Source: Planctomycetaceae bacterium (GTDB taxonomy: Bacteria; Planctomycetota; Planctomycetia; Planctomycetales; Planctomycetaceae). From it: a DNA stretch of 64,000 bases. The notes under the pieces are model-generated. The model made no database searches, had not been told where the DNA came from, and worked only from the letters and a program-made list of their open reading frames with translations. The DNA is taken from assembly GCA_041398745.1 (NCBI GenBank), contig JAWKUB010000005.1, positions 542,497-606,496 on the forward strand, written 5' to 3'. Positions within the stretch are counted from its first letter, which is position 1. Each line of letters opens with the position of its first letter. The position numbers and the translations under genes were made by a program. This document shows, in pieces, positions 8,240-16,926 of this stretch.

Positions 8240-9505
8240 CTCCATATTCTTGATCTGATCGATGTTTTCGCACACCTTCATTAGACCTCGGAGATACTTG
8301 TCCATAATTGCGGCGTCGTCAAGCGTGGTCCACATTGGCATTTTTACGAGGCTCTCGTAGATCTCTTTGGCAACACTAAACCCTTCTTGCTTGGCGATAG
8401 GATCGTCGTAGAGTCGCGGAATTAGGCTTCCAGGAGATGTAAACAATGGCAGCTCATTCAGTAGTCCAGTTGACCCTGGGATGTCAAACTCCACTAGGCC
8501 TTCAGCATGCAAGGCACGCACGAATAGTTCACGGCTGATTCCAGCCAAGTCCTCACGAAAGCGAAATGGGAAGGCGTAAAACGACCATTCGTTCGGATTG
8601 CCGTTAATGTTTTCAAGAAAAGGAGTCGCATTGATATAGTCGAAAAAACGACGACCGTACTTCCGCTTCATGTCAAGGATGTCGTCCAGCCGATTAAGCA
8701 TCTCGAGCGCAATCGCGATTGCGAGTGGATGAGCCCGCAACTTTAGCCCCTCACCAGTAAGGTAGAAGCGTCGAAGTCCGTCGTCCTCAGGGATCTCTTG
8801 CTTGGGACGCTTGTTGTAGTGCCCTTGCAGCAGTGCACGCCTATAAAGGGAGGGATTATCGGTCGCAAAAACTCCCCCTTCTCCCCCCGTAACGATTTTT
8901 TGGCCTTGCAAGCTCCATGCCGCCACATCACCAAACGTTCCAACTAAGCGGCCAGAAATGCTCGCTCCATGAGCGTGTGAACAATCTTCTAGCAGGTAGA
9001 GGCCCCTATCCGAGCAGAACTGGGCAATCTCCTTGGTGTCCCTTGCAGGTACGCCCCACATGTGGGTAATCACCACAGCTCGAGTTCTAGCTGTGGTCTT
9101 GCCCTTCAATTCAGCAAGGGAAAGGCCGCACGATTCGTCACAGTCGGCAAACACCGGGACCGCGCCTGTCTGCATCAGTGGGCTGACTGCAGCATGGAAG
9201 GTATACACCGGGCATATTACCTCGTCGCCAGGACCAACCCCAATAGAATCAAACATTGCGAAGATCGAGGATGTCCCGGAATTTGACACGAGGCAGTACT
9301 GGCGTCCATGGTAGGATGCGAATCGGTCTTCGAAGGATTCGAACACGCCAGAACGGTCGTAGATCGAAATTGTTTGTCGGAGCTGTTCTAGGACCACCTT
9401 CTCGATTCGCTCGTCAATAATCGGCCATTTGAAGGCTGCATATTGGGAGTCTGCAATTGGCATTCCTCCGCATAAAGCCAATCGGGAGTTCGCGTTAGTT
9501 TGCAT
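8228..9505 (-). CDS. DegT/DnrJ/EryC1/StrS-family PLP-dependent aminotransferase
   Basis: DEVICPVYTFHAAVSPL, ITHMWGVPA, LLEDCSHAHGA and SLQGQKIVTGGEGG (PLP-lysine motif). The longest ORF starts at 9529. The 3' end overlaps the kinase gene convergently by 12 nt. Confidence 0.8.
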   Translation of the reverse strand: MQTNANSRLALCGGMPIADSQYAAFKWPIIDERIEKVVLEQLRQTISIYDRSGVFESFEDRFASYHGRQYCLVSNSGTSSIFAMFDSIGVGPGDEVICPVYTFHAAVSPLMQTGAVPVFADCDESCGLSLAELKGKTTARTRAVVITHMWGVPARDTKEIAQFCSDRGLYLLEDCSHAHGASISGRLVGTFGDVAAWSLQGQKIVTGGEGGVFATDNPSLYRRALLQGHYNKRPKQEIPEDDGLRRFYLTGEGLKLRAHPLAIAIALEMLNRLDDILDMKRKYGRRFFDYINATPFLENINGNPNEWSFYAFPFRFREDLAGISRELFVRALHAEGLVEFDIPGSTGLLNELPLFTSPGSLIPRLYDDPIAKQEGFSVAKEIYESLVKMPMWTTLDDAAIMDKYLRGLMKVCENIDQIKNMESIN

Positions 9506-10529
9506 TGAGTGATCTCCCAAGTAGCTCACGAGGATTCACGGTCAATCCGGTACGAGCGGACTCATAGGCCGCATCTACGAAAGCCACCTGTTCTAAGTAG
9601 TGCATTCCGAAGTCGTAATCGCCAATATTGTCCATTGCAAATTTCGCAAAATCTTCGATTTGGTCTGCCAATGCAGATGGCCACGCTCCGAATCGTTCCA
9701 TGGACTCGACAGTAGTTCCATCAATGTCATGACGCGCAATTTTTCCGCGTCGAACGCACGCCATTCCTTTGGTGCCATGTGCGACTAAATGCTCATCTTT
9801 CTCGCCATAAACCCGAGACACAATTAGGCTACCCAGCACTTCCTCACCCGGATTATTCTCGCAATATGAAAAGTTCACAAATGCTGTGTCCTCAACATCA
9901 TATTCCTGTCCAACTCTATTGCGCATCGACGTTCTGCATGTGATCAAATCAGGAAGCCCAAAATACCACACAATGAGGTCCACGTAATGGTATCCAAGGT
10001 CAATTAATGCCCCACCTCCCGAGTAAAGTCGACTTGCGCGCCAGCCGCAATCCAATCGCGATATGTTTAGTGCGTACTTTGCTTCAATGGAGAATATTCG
10101 ACCAATTCGGCGCAGCAACTGGGGAAAGCTTTGAAAGACCGGATTGTATCTCCTCTGAAGCGTTAGCGACAGAAGCACATTATTGGCTTCGACAACAGCT
10201 TTCATCTGCAGGGCTTCCTTCAGTGAAACTGCCAGTGGTTTTTCTTTGAGGATGTGAATGCCGGCCTCAGCGAGTTCGCAAACAGCCTCTAGATAACCAA
10301 CGTGCGGGATCGCAACGAGCGCGGCGGTTGGCTTGGGGTTCTCTTTCAGAAACTCACTGATGCTTTTTGCAAATGGCACCGCCAACGCTTTCCCGACGCG
10401 CGCGGCTTTCTCGATATCGGTGTCCACGACGCCAGCTAGGTGGACATCATCACTGGATTGGATCGCTGGGATGTGATCATCTAGGCTCTGGTGCCCGAGG
10501 CCGACAACAAGAAAATCGAAACTTGACAT
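9495..10529 (-). CDS. Gfo/Idh/MocA-family NAD(P)-dependent oxidoreductase
   Basis: Rossmann start MSSFDFLVVGLGHQSLDDHIPAI and the EKP motif (ILKEKPLAVSL). The longest ORF starts at 10589. Confidence 0.8.
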   Translation of the reverse strand: MSSFDFLVVGLGHQSLDDHIPAIQSSDDVHLAGVVDTDIEKAARVGKALAVPFAKSISEFLKENPKPTAALVAIPHVGYLEAVCELAEAGIHILKEKPLAVSLKEALQMKAVVEANNVLLSLTLQRRYNPVFQSFPQLLRRIGRIFSIEAKYALNISRLDCGWRASRLYSGGGALIDLGYHYVDLIVWYFGLPDLITCRTSMRNRVGQEYDVEDTAFVNFSYCENNPGEEVLGSLIVSRVYGEKDEHLVAHGTKGMACVRRGKIARHDIDGTTVESMERFGAWPSALADQIEDFAKFAMDNIGDYDFGMHYLEQVAFVDAAYESARTGLTVNPRELLGRSLNAN

Positions 10530-10585
10530 TCTCTCTCCCCTTCGCTTGCCCGCCGAACACAAACAGTATGGCATTTTGCTTAACG

Positions 10586-11128
10586 TCAATCAATCGAGAG
10601 CCGATCAAGTATGGTTCGTCGGAAAGGGTTTTGGTCGAGATTCCCGACGCGTAGGGAGTACAGGTCCATCAGGAGAGCCAGGTAGGCGAACTGTCCCCGT
10701 TGACAAAGCGGCAAATACGTGATGTCACCGACCCACACTTCGTTGATCTTCACCGGTTGTGGACGGTCCAGCAGGAGGTTGTCGTTGTAACCCAGTGTGT
10801 GCCTGCTTTCCGTGGTTCGGGGCTGGAACGATTTGGGCTGGATGGCTCTGAGACCCAGTGTTTTCATCACTCGCGAGACTCGATCCACACCACACAGAAC
10901 ATTGCGTTCCCGCAGTTCCGCCGCGATGCGACGTGCTCCATAGCGTCGCTTGTGTTGATGAAAGATCTCGCCAATCATCGCGTGTAGCGGTTCTTCCTGC
11001 TCTCTTTGAGGAGACACTCTTTCACGCTTCCAGGCGTGAAAGCCAGATCGAGAAACGTTCAATGTGCGACACACCACACTCACCGGAAATGCCTCTTGAA
11101 AAATCACCTGCTGAATTGCTGAGTACAC
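10586..11128 (-). pseudogene. IS3-family transposase OrfB, truncated
   Basis: It matches OrfB of the intact copy up to ...FAYLALLMDLYS, then runs into unrelated sequence. Only the first catalytic D region (WVGDITY) is retained. Confidence 0.85.
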
Positions 11129-11499
11129 GTCGGCTACCCGCTGCGGCTGAAAATGGACAAGGCTTTTTTTAGGATGTCACGCTCCCGCTCGACCCGCCGG
11201 AGTTCCTCTTCCAGTTGCCGCACCCGCGCTTCCAGTGACTCGGCCGCCACTCCTGCCTGGCTGATGAACTCCCGCTTCCAGCGGTACAACAAATTCACGC
11301 TGGAAAGCCCCAGCCGCTGTGCCACCGCCGGGGCCGACTGACCATCCAAGTGCAACTGCACAGCGTCTCGCTTGAAGTCCTCGGTGTACGTTCGACGCTC
11401 CCGAGTCGTCGCTTTTGTACTCTTTCCGCGTGCCATCGGTCTTCCTCCCGACCACACAGAATAAGATTTCCAACTGTCCACGAAATCCCAAGCAACTCA
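10650..11499 (-). mobile_element. IS3-family element, 3'-truncated copy. IRL and OrfA are intact; OrfB is cut within the DDE core.
   Basis: The terminal sequence TGAGTTGCTTGGGATTTCGTGGACAG (minus strand, ending at 11499) matches the IR of the intact copy at 43168 except for one base. Homology to the intact copy is lost near 10650, right after ...LALLMDLYS. Confidence 0.85.
11134..11481 (-). CDS. IS3-family transposase OrfA (HTH), in the truncated copy
   Basis: 115 aa, differing from OrfA at 43186-43533 at two residues (KATT versus KTKT). Confidence 0.85.
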   Translation of the reverse strand: MDSWKSYSVWSGGRPMARGKSTKATTRERRTYTEDFKRDAVQLHLDGQSAPAVAQRLGLSSVNLLYRWKREFISQAGVAAESLEARVRQLEEELRRVERERDILKKALSIFSRSG

Positions 11500-11691
11500 T
11501 TTCTCCGAGGCATCTTGATGGAGTAGTTGAAGAGAAGTGGGCGACGACCATTCGTTGACGCTTCATGTCCGCGATCGCTCATGTTCTTTAGTTACGTTTT
11601 CAGTCTTGGACACAATTCAATCTCTACTTTCGGAACCGAAAGTCCGATATACTTCTCAATGTTGACCGATGGCGTCCAAAGGCGATGATGA

Positions 11692-11976
11692 ATGAAAGAC
11701 TCGAACAGAAAGCGGCTTGGTGTGAGTCGGAACAGTCTTGGGATTCGGATTCGCGGGCGACTTGAGCCAAGTCGTGGACGTCGCCCCGGACGGCCTTCGG
11801 ACCCATTACTAACGATTCAGCGTAAGATATCGATGACGGATGACACTCTTGGGTGGTTGGAGGAGTTGGCAGCAGCCGTGAGCACGTCTGAGCGTCAAGT
11901 CAGTCCGATGCAAGTTGCGGCTCACTTGCTTGAAGAGGTAGTAGAAGAATACGCGAAGAGTTCAGCTGCGGCATGA
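11692..11976 (+). CDS. Possible ribbon-helix-helix (CopG/Arc-like) small regulator
   Basis: RKISMTDDTLGWLEELAAAV fits a beta-strand plus helix RHH pattern. It lies 130 nt upstream of the next operon on the same strand. Confidence 0.4.
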   Translation: MKDSNRKRLGVSRNSLGIRIRGRLEPSRGRRPGRPSDPLLTIQRKISMTDDTLGWLEELAAAVSTSERQVSPMQVAAHLLEEVVEEYAKSSAAA

Positions 11977-12112
11977 GGCTGCGAGAGACGGGGAAGCGAG
12001 TCCAAGATGGTGGCAACTCAACAACCTGACGCATCTTTGTCGCTCTTCGGCGTTTGCTAAGTCCGCGACTCAAGGCCGAGAGTGGTAATTTGAACCTCTA
12101 CAGGGTGTGAGC

Positions 12113-12814
12113 ATGACAAGCACGAGCAAGACTGAGGTGAGCTATTTCCGGCCGCGAATTGACGGTCCGGAACTACGTATCGAAGATGCCGTTGTTTCGA
12201 AGCTGACCGAAATCTTCGAGCGAAACGATTGGCCCCTTTGGATAGGAGGTTCCGTTCCAATTGGTGCTGGATTCCCGGACATTGTTTCGGTTTGGTATGA
12301 CCCGCAGGTCATCACCCTCGCTGATTTCCCCGTCACCGATGGCCATATTCTGGCCTACCTCCGCACTGTGCGGCGAGCCACTCTTGAGACGATTGCAAGC
12401 CGTTTGCAGTTTTCGTCGAAGGATGTCGAAGACACTTTGCTTCGACTGACTGAGTCATCTGTTGTGGCTCGGGAGACAGAACGAGCCTTCGCCATTTCCT
12501 CCGCCTGGCGACAGATTCTCCCAGAAGTTATTACTGTCGAGGCCAAAGTCTCAGATTGGCAAGCAGCCTTACAACAAGCGAATCGAAACCGAATATTCGC
12601 ACATCGTTCTTTTGCCGCATTCCCCGAGCCGGTTGCCGAGCGGGTCATGAAGAAGTCCGGCTTTGAACTTCACGGCGTCGGGATTCTATCTGTTTCAGAG
12701 CAAGGTGAAGTCACCGTTGTCAGACCGGCACGCAGGAATAGCCCTTCTGTTTGGGACTATTATTTCCACTTGGCTGCTCTCGCTGCGAAAGACATGAACA
12801 ACAGGAACCACTAA
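12113..12814 (+). CDS. Hypothetical protein; possible PD-(D/E)xK nuclease fold with an inserted winged-helix
   Basis: GFPDIVSVW ... (ILAYLRTVRRATLETIASRLQFSSKDVEDTLLRL, wHTH-like) ... VITVEAKVSDW. The spacing between PD and ExK is unusually long, so the nuclease call is tentative. Confidence 0.4.
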   Translation: MTSTSKTEVSYFRPRIDGPELRIEDAVVSKLTEIFERNDWPLWIGGSVPIGAGFPDIVSVWYDPQVITLADFPVTDGHILAYLRTVRRATLETIASRLQFSSKDVEDTLLRLTESSVVARETERAFAISSAWRQILPEVITVEAKVSDWQAALQQANRNRIFAHRSFAAFPEPVAERVMKKSGFELHGVGILSVSEQGEVTVVRPARRNSPSVWDYYFHLAALAAKDMNNRNH

Positions 12815-13659
12815 TGTCATTCACCGTCGACATTAAGGACGCACAGGCACAGTTTCCGGACTACACGTTCATCAAGCCGCTTACACCAAGCGCTCAAAAA
12901 TGTGCATTTCACGTTCGCGATGCCGATGATACAGACCTTTGTCTGAAAATCATTTCTCCGACGTATGGAAATGACCGCCTACAGCGAGAGATTACTGCCA
13001 TGCAGCAAATCTCTCACGAGAATGTCGTTTCTCTCTTGGAGTACACTTTCTCTTCGACCCCGGGTTCGTTGAAGCACTATGTAATCGAAGAGTTTGTGGA
13101 GGGAGACGACTTACAAGCCCACCTCAACACGCCTTGGGACCGTTCTCGTCTCTCGAAAGTCTTTTCTCAACTGATGGACGGTCTACAGCAACTCAATGAG
13201 AAAGACATCGTTCACCGTGACTTAAAGCCGACAAACATCAGGCTCCGCTCAGATGACTCCCCAGTCATAATTGACTTTGGGCTGGCACGGCATCTGACAA
13301 TGACAGATTTGACCGCCACCGCTCAAGGAGCACAGATTGGGACTCCCCTTTATTTTGCACCTGAGCAATTCCAAGGGACCAAATACGACATCGACCATCG
13401 AACAGACCTGTTTGCGTCTGGGATCATCATCTACCAAGCACTCGTTGCCCGTCATCCATTTTATGCCGCTGGGATGTCGCGACCCGATCTGCAAGACCGA
13501 GTCTGTAGCAATGATGATTTCAAACGTGACGCGGATTTTCTTGCTTTGCCGAAGAAATGGCAACTACTGTTGAGCAAGCTGCTCGAAAAGGAACGTTCGA
13601 AGAGAATCAACTCGGCTCAGCAGGCTGCAATGCTGCTCCGCAAACTGGAGAATGAATAG
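12814..13659 (+). CDS. Hanks-type Ser/Thr protein kinase, stand-alone catalytic domain
   Basis: LCLKI (VAIK-like Lys), IVHRDLKPTNI, IIDFGLAR and PLYFAPEQ. There is no canonical GxGxxG loop. The start overlaps the previous stop (TAATG). Confidence 0.85.
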   Translation: MSFTVDIKDAQAQFPDYTFIKPLTPSAQKCAFHVRDADDTDLCLKIISPTYGNDRLQREITAMQQISHENVVSLLEYTFSSTPGSLKHYVIEEFVEGDDLQAHLNTPWDRSRLSKVFSQLMDGLQQLNEKDIVHRDLKPTNIRLRSDDSPVIIDFGLARHLTMTDLTATAQGAQIGTPLYFAPEQFQGTKYDIDHRTDLFASGIIIYQALVARHPFYAAGMSRPDLQDRVCSNDDFKRDADFLALPKKWQLLLSKLLEKERSKRINSAQQAAMLLRKLENE

Positions 13660-13661
13660 TC

Positions 13662-14852
13662 ATGCGAAGAGGAGCTTGGCATCAACTAGGCTGGAATCAT
13701 CAAAAAATGGTTATAGAGCAGCTGCAAAACAATGCGGGTGTTGGCATTGTTTTGAGTCCCCGAGATTTGAGCTATTCGAAGGCTAAGGAATACGTACCGC
13801 AGTACAAGGCCGAAGGGGCGTCCGTTGTACTTGACCCGCAGTGGCACATACCGGGATTCAGCAATACTCAGTTTGCTGAATACCCGACAGCCGACCTGAG
13901 AGCTTCCATCACGGACCTTGCCGCGATAACCGATACTGAGATGCAGCAGCTCAAGGACAAGCTTGTTTCGGAAAACTCCGCTCTTTCAACGGATGCCTTG
14001 ATTGCACCAGCAGTTCTGTACGCTGCTGGCAGAAGCGACATTGTGCAGTTAAACGCCAAGCTCCATGCCGTTGCCCGCGATGCAGCTGCAACGCTTGGCG
14101 TTCCGTGTTGGGGTACTGCATTTCTTGGCGAATCAATAACAAACAGCCAGCAGCTCGTGGAGTCAACGTTGTCCTCCGTAACCGCTTTGAATTGTGACGG
14201 CTGGTATTTTGGTTTTGAGTTTCCCTCAGAGCGAATACCGTCATCTACCGACACGGTTTACCGTTGCTTGCAGGCAGCTTTGCTGCTCGTGCAGACCGGC
14301 AAACCTGTCCTTCACGGTTACGCTGGGCCGCTTGGAATCCTCTCTTTTTCCTCGGGCTGCACCGGGGCTGCGTTTGGCGGAAGTCAGAAGCAGTGGCGGT
14401 TTTGCCCGGAAAGGTGGGAAGAATCTTCCGATGGTGGTGGAGGAGGACAGGCACCAGCTCGCTACTTCTCACGAAATCTCTGGGGGACAATTGTGTTTCC
14501 GGACGAAACGGCGTTATTGCCGCCCAATGTGCAATCTCAAGTGTTCACGCCCTCACCGTTCGCACCAAATCCACTTCCTACTACGTGGAGCAAGACCAAC
14601 GCACTTAAGCACCTCACGTACACGGTTTGCAAAGGTATCGAAAGTGTCGCAGCGAACACGGATTTGGCATCCTGCAGGCAAGCCGCCGAGAGCATGCTAG
14701 GCACAGCTGTTGGCCTTCACAATGACATAGCTCAACTCGGAATCACGCTAAAGGACGACACTGCCGCATATCAAGCGAATTGGCGTTCCGCATTGACTAT
14801 CCTGCAGCAGAACCACGGAGATGACTTCGAATTTCTTGACATGTTATTGTAA
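13662..14852 (+). CDS. Hypothetical 396-aa protein with no recognisable motif
   Basis: The ORF starts 2 nt after the kinase stop. It contains an internal SSDGGGGGQAP linker. Confidence 0.6.
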   Translation: MRRGAWHQLGWNHQKMVIEQLQNNAGVGIVLSPRDLSYSKAKEYVPQYKAEGASVVLDPQWHIPGFSNTQFAEYPTADLRASITDLAAITDTEMQQLKDKLVSENSALSTDALIAPAVLYAAGRSDIVQLNAKLHAVARDAAATLGVPCWGTAFLGESITNSQQLVESTLSSVTALNCDGWYFGFEFPSERIPSSTDTVYRCLQAALLLVQTGKPVLHGYAGPLGILSFSSGCTGAAFGGSQKQWRFCPERWEESSDGGGGGQAPARYFSRNLWGTIVFPDETALLPPNVQSQVFTPSPFAPNPLPTTWSKTNALKHLTYTVCKGIESVAANTDLASCRQAAESMLGTAVGLHNDIAQLGITLKDDTAAYQANWRSALTILQQNHGDDFEFLDMLL

Positions 14853-15053
14853 GTTATTGTAAGAAGGAGACTGTGTTTGCCATATGGTCTTTGGTGATCA
14901 AGCCATGGCCTCGCGGATCTTTCAGCCTGTCACGGTTTGTCACAGAACCCTTGCAATTTGTCGCATTTCTCGCGAAACTCGCAAGTGTGTGCTTGGCCGA
15001 AAACCCAAGTGACAAAGGGACTTCCAACACAATTTGGTTCCTTAACCACATAA

Positions 15054-15095
15054 CTGGGGGTCAAGAGGCCGCAGGTTCAAATCCTGTCGTCCCGA
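15054..15095 (+). pseudogene. tRNA-Pro(GGG)-like 3' fragment running from the anticodon loop to the discriminator base; a probable att scar
   Basis: CTGGGGG|TCAAG|AGGCC|GCAGG-TTCAAAT-CCTGT|CGTCCCG|A has the layout of a tRNA-Pro 3' half. There is no matching 5' anticodon stem, D-arm or CGGGACG acceptor upstream. Confidence 0.6.
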
Positions 15096-15293
15096 CTATT
15101 CTCAGAAATGAGCCCTTCGGTGAGTACGTCGAAGGGCTTTCTCATCGTGGCGCAAAGACTTGCGCCATCGAGCCTACAGTTCAAACTGCTGTTTGGGTCG
15201 AGGCGTCTTTGCGTGCCATCTTCCGTAAACTCTTGTTATGAAACCACTTGGCGAGTTCAAACCCCGTCACCTTTCTTGGCTCTTCTCACCTTT

Positions 15294-15406
15294 TAGTGGG
15301 TGACCAGTTCTGGTAGCAGTTTGAGCTTTCCGCAGAAGAAGAGGATTCTGGTGCGGTAGTTGTCGAAGTTTCGGAAGTCACGGGCGGCGGTATTCAGTGT
15401 CGCGAA
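15294..15406 (-). pseudogene. C-terminal remnant of a DDE transposase (ISL3-like tail)
   Basis: The minus-strand frame gives FATLNTAARDFRNFDNYRTRILFFCGKLKLLPELVTH*. This resembles the ...AYGFRNFxNYRxRIL... tail of ISL3-family transposases. An in-frame stop lies immediately upstream. Confidence 0.35.
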
Positions 15407-15910
15407 TTACGGTCGAACACAATCTGCGAGGGATGACGCAAACGCCGTGTACTTCCGTGTCAGCGATAAGAAACGGCAAACATTATCCGGCAGTATGCAA
15501 CACCGCTCGCTCTTCCAAGCGGCTAAGGACGGTTCGTCCTGAGTGTGCGACTAATACTCTCCATTGACCTACAGGCTGCTATTTGTGGCAGAGAAGCGCC
15601 TTCAGTTTGACAACAACCAACCATCGAAAGGGGCGGTACACTTGATTTGCTTTCGGTCGTGAAGATCGCGACATGTTGTGTTCGACGCCTGCAGAAAAAT
15701 TGCCCTGATCCCGACTCCGTGCGGCAATCGCGATAGATGTCCATTGGCTTGTCCGCGAACTTCCCCAGAGTTCCCGGCTGTGTACGCCAAAACACGAAGT
15801 CAACATCAAAGTTGATTTTTCTTGAAATCGCTTCCGTGTCACTTGAAATCTTTAAGCAAATACGTCCTAGTGCAGGGTAGATCGTTCTGCTGGGGAGGTC
15901 GAGAAGAAGT

Positions 15911-16900
15911 ATGGCCGGTCGAAGAGCACTTGTCGTTGGAATAGACTATTACGAACACGCCAGTCGCCTGTATGGATGCGCCAGGGATGCGATTTCCGTC
16001 TCTCAAGTCCTCAAACACCACGGTGATTCAGTTGGGAGCCTGAATTTCCAGATACCGGACTTGCTTACTGCCTCGAACGGGCTGCAAGCTGTGTCGGTCG
16101 CGAAATTGCGATCCGCAGTAAAAGAACTGTTCACACATGAGCCGTACGAAGTAGCACTATTCTATTTTGCAGGACATGGTCACCTTGATTCGACTGGCGG
16201 TTTCCTGCTGGGAAGCGATTCCAAGTCGGGAGACGATGGAGTGTCGCTTAACGACATCCTAACGCTCGCGAATCAATCGAAGTCTACAAACCGCGTTATC
16301 GTCCTCGACAGTTGCCATTCTGGCATTGCCGGAGTGTTACCTCTCTCTGGTGTCACGGCCATTGAAGATGGCGTAACCATACTTACAGCTTCGACGGCTC
16401 AGCAGTATGCAACCGAAGAAAATGGGGCGGGAGTCTTCACAGGTCTATTTGTTGACGCCCTGAGAGGTGGTGCGAGTGACATTCTCGGAAATGTTACCCC
16501 CGGCAGCACATATGCACACATTGACCAATCACTGGGTGTCAAATCACAAAGACCGACATTCAAGACGAACACAAGGGCGTTCGTTTCGCTGAGGCGAGTA
16601 GAGCCAAAGATTGGATTACCGGAGTTGCGTAGAATAACGGAGATATTCCCTGAGCCCGAGTACGTCAAGAAATTGAATCCCACGTATGAACCTTACCGTT
16701 CAAGCGATGAAAAGGCGCTTCCAGCACCGCACGAGGAGAACGTAGTGATCTTTGGCATTCTCCAAAAACTAAACCGCACTAATTTGGTAGTACCGGTTGA
16801 TGCTGATGCGATGTATTGGGCAGCCATGAATTCAAAATCATGCCGCCTTACTCCATTGGGAAAACACTACCACAGACTCGTCGCCAATGATTTGATCTAG
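15911..16900 (+). CDS. Caspase-like (peptidase C14) protease with a ~90-aa C-terminal extension
   Basis: RALVVGIDYY, FYFAGHG (catalytic His) and VLDSCHSG (catalytic Cys). Confidence 0.85.
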   Translation: MAGRRALVVGIDYYEHASRLYGCARDAISVSQVLKHHGDSVGSLNFQIPDLLTASNGLQAVSVAKLRSAVKELFTHEPYEVALFYFAGHGHLDSTGGFLLGSDSKSGDDGVSLNDILTLANQSKSTNRVIVLDSCHSGIAGVLPLSGVTAIEDGVTILTASTAQQYATEENGAGVFTGLFVDALRGGASDILGNVTPGSTYAHIDQSLGVKSQRPTFKTNTRAFVSLRRVEPKIGLPELRRITEIFPEPEYVKKLNPTYEPYRSSDEKALPAPHEENVVIFGILQKLNRTNLVVPVDADAMYWAAMNSKSCRLTPLGKHYHRLVANDLI

Positions 16901-16926
16901 CAACACCACTTCTTTGGAGCATAGCA

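Noticed and set aside
15016-15098. Possibility of a complete tRNA or a tmRNA 3' end at the tRNA-Pro-like site
   Set aside because: Only 5 of 7 acceptor pairs can form with AGGGACT upstream. No D-arm with a GG loop is present, and there is no 5' anticodon stem complementary to TCAAG. The acceptor would not give the G1/G3:U70 features expected of tmRNA, so I kept it as a 3' fragment only.
14854-15241. ORFs 14854-15051 (-) and 14873-15241 (+)
   Set aside because: They overlap each other, and the plus-strand ORF also covers the tRNA-fragment scar. Neither has motifs, and they lie in a region of mobile-element debris.
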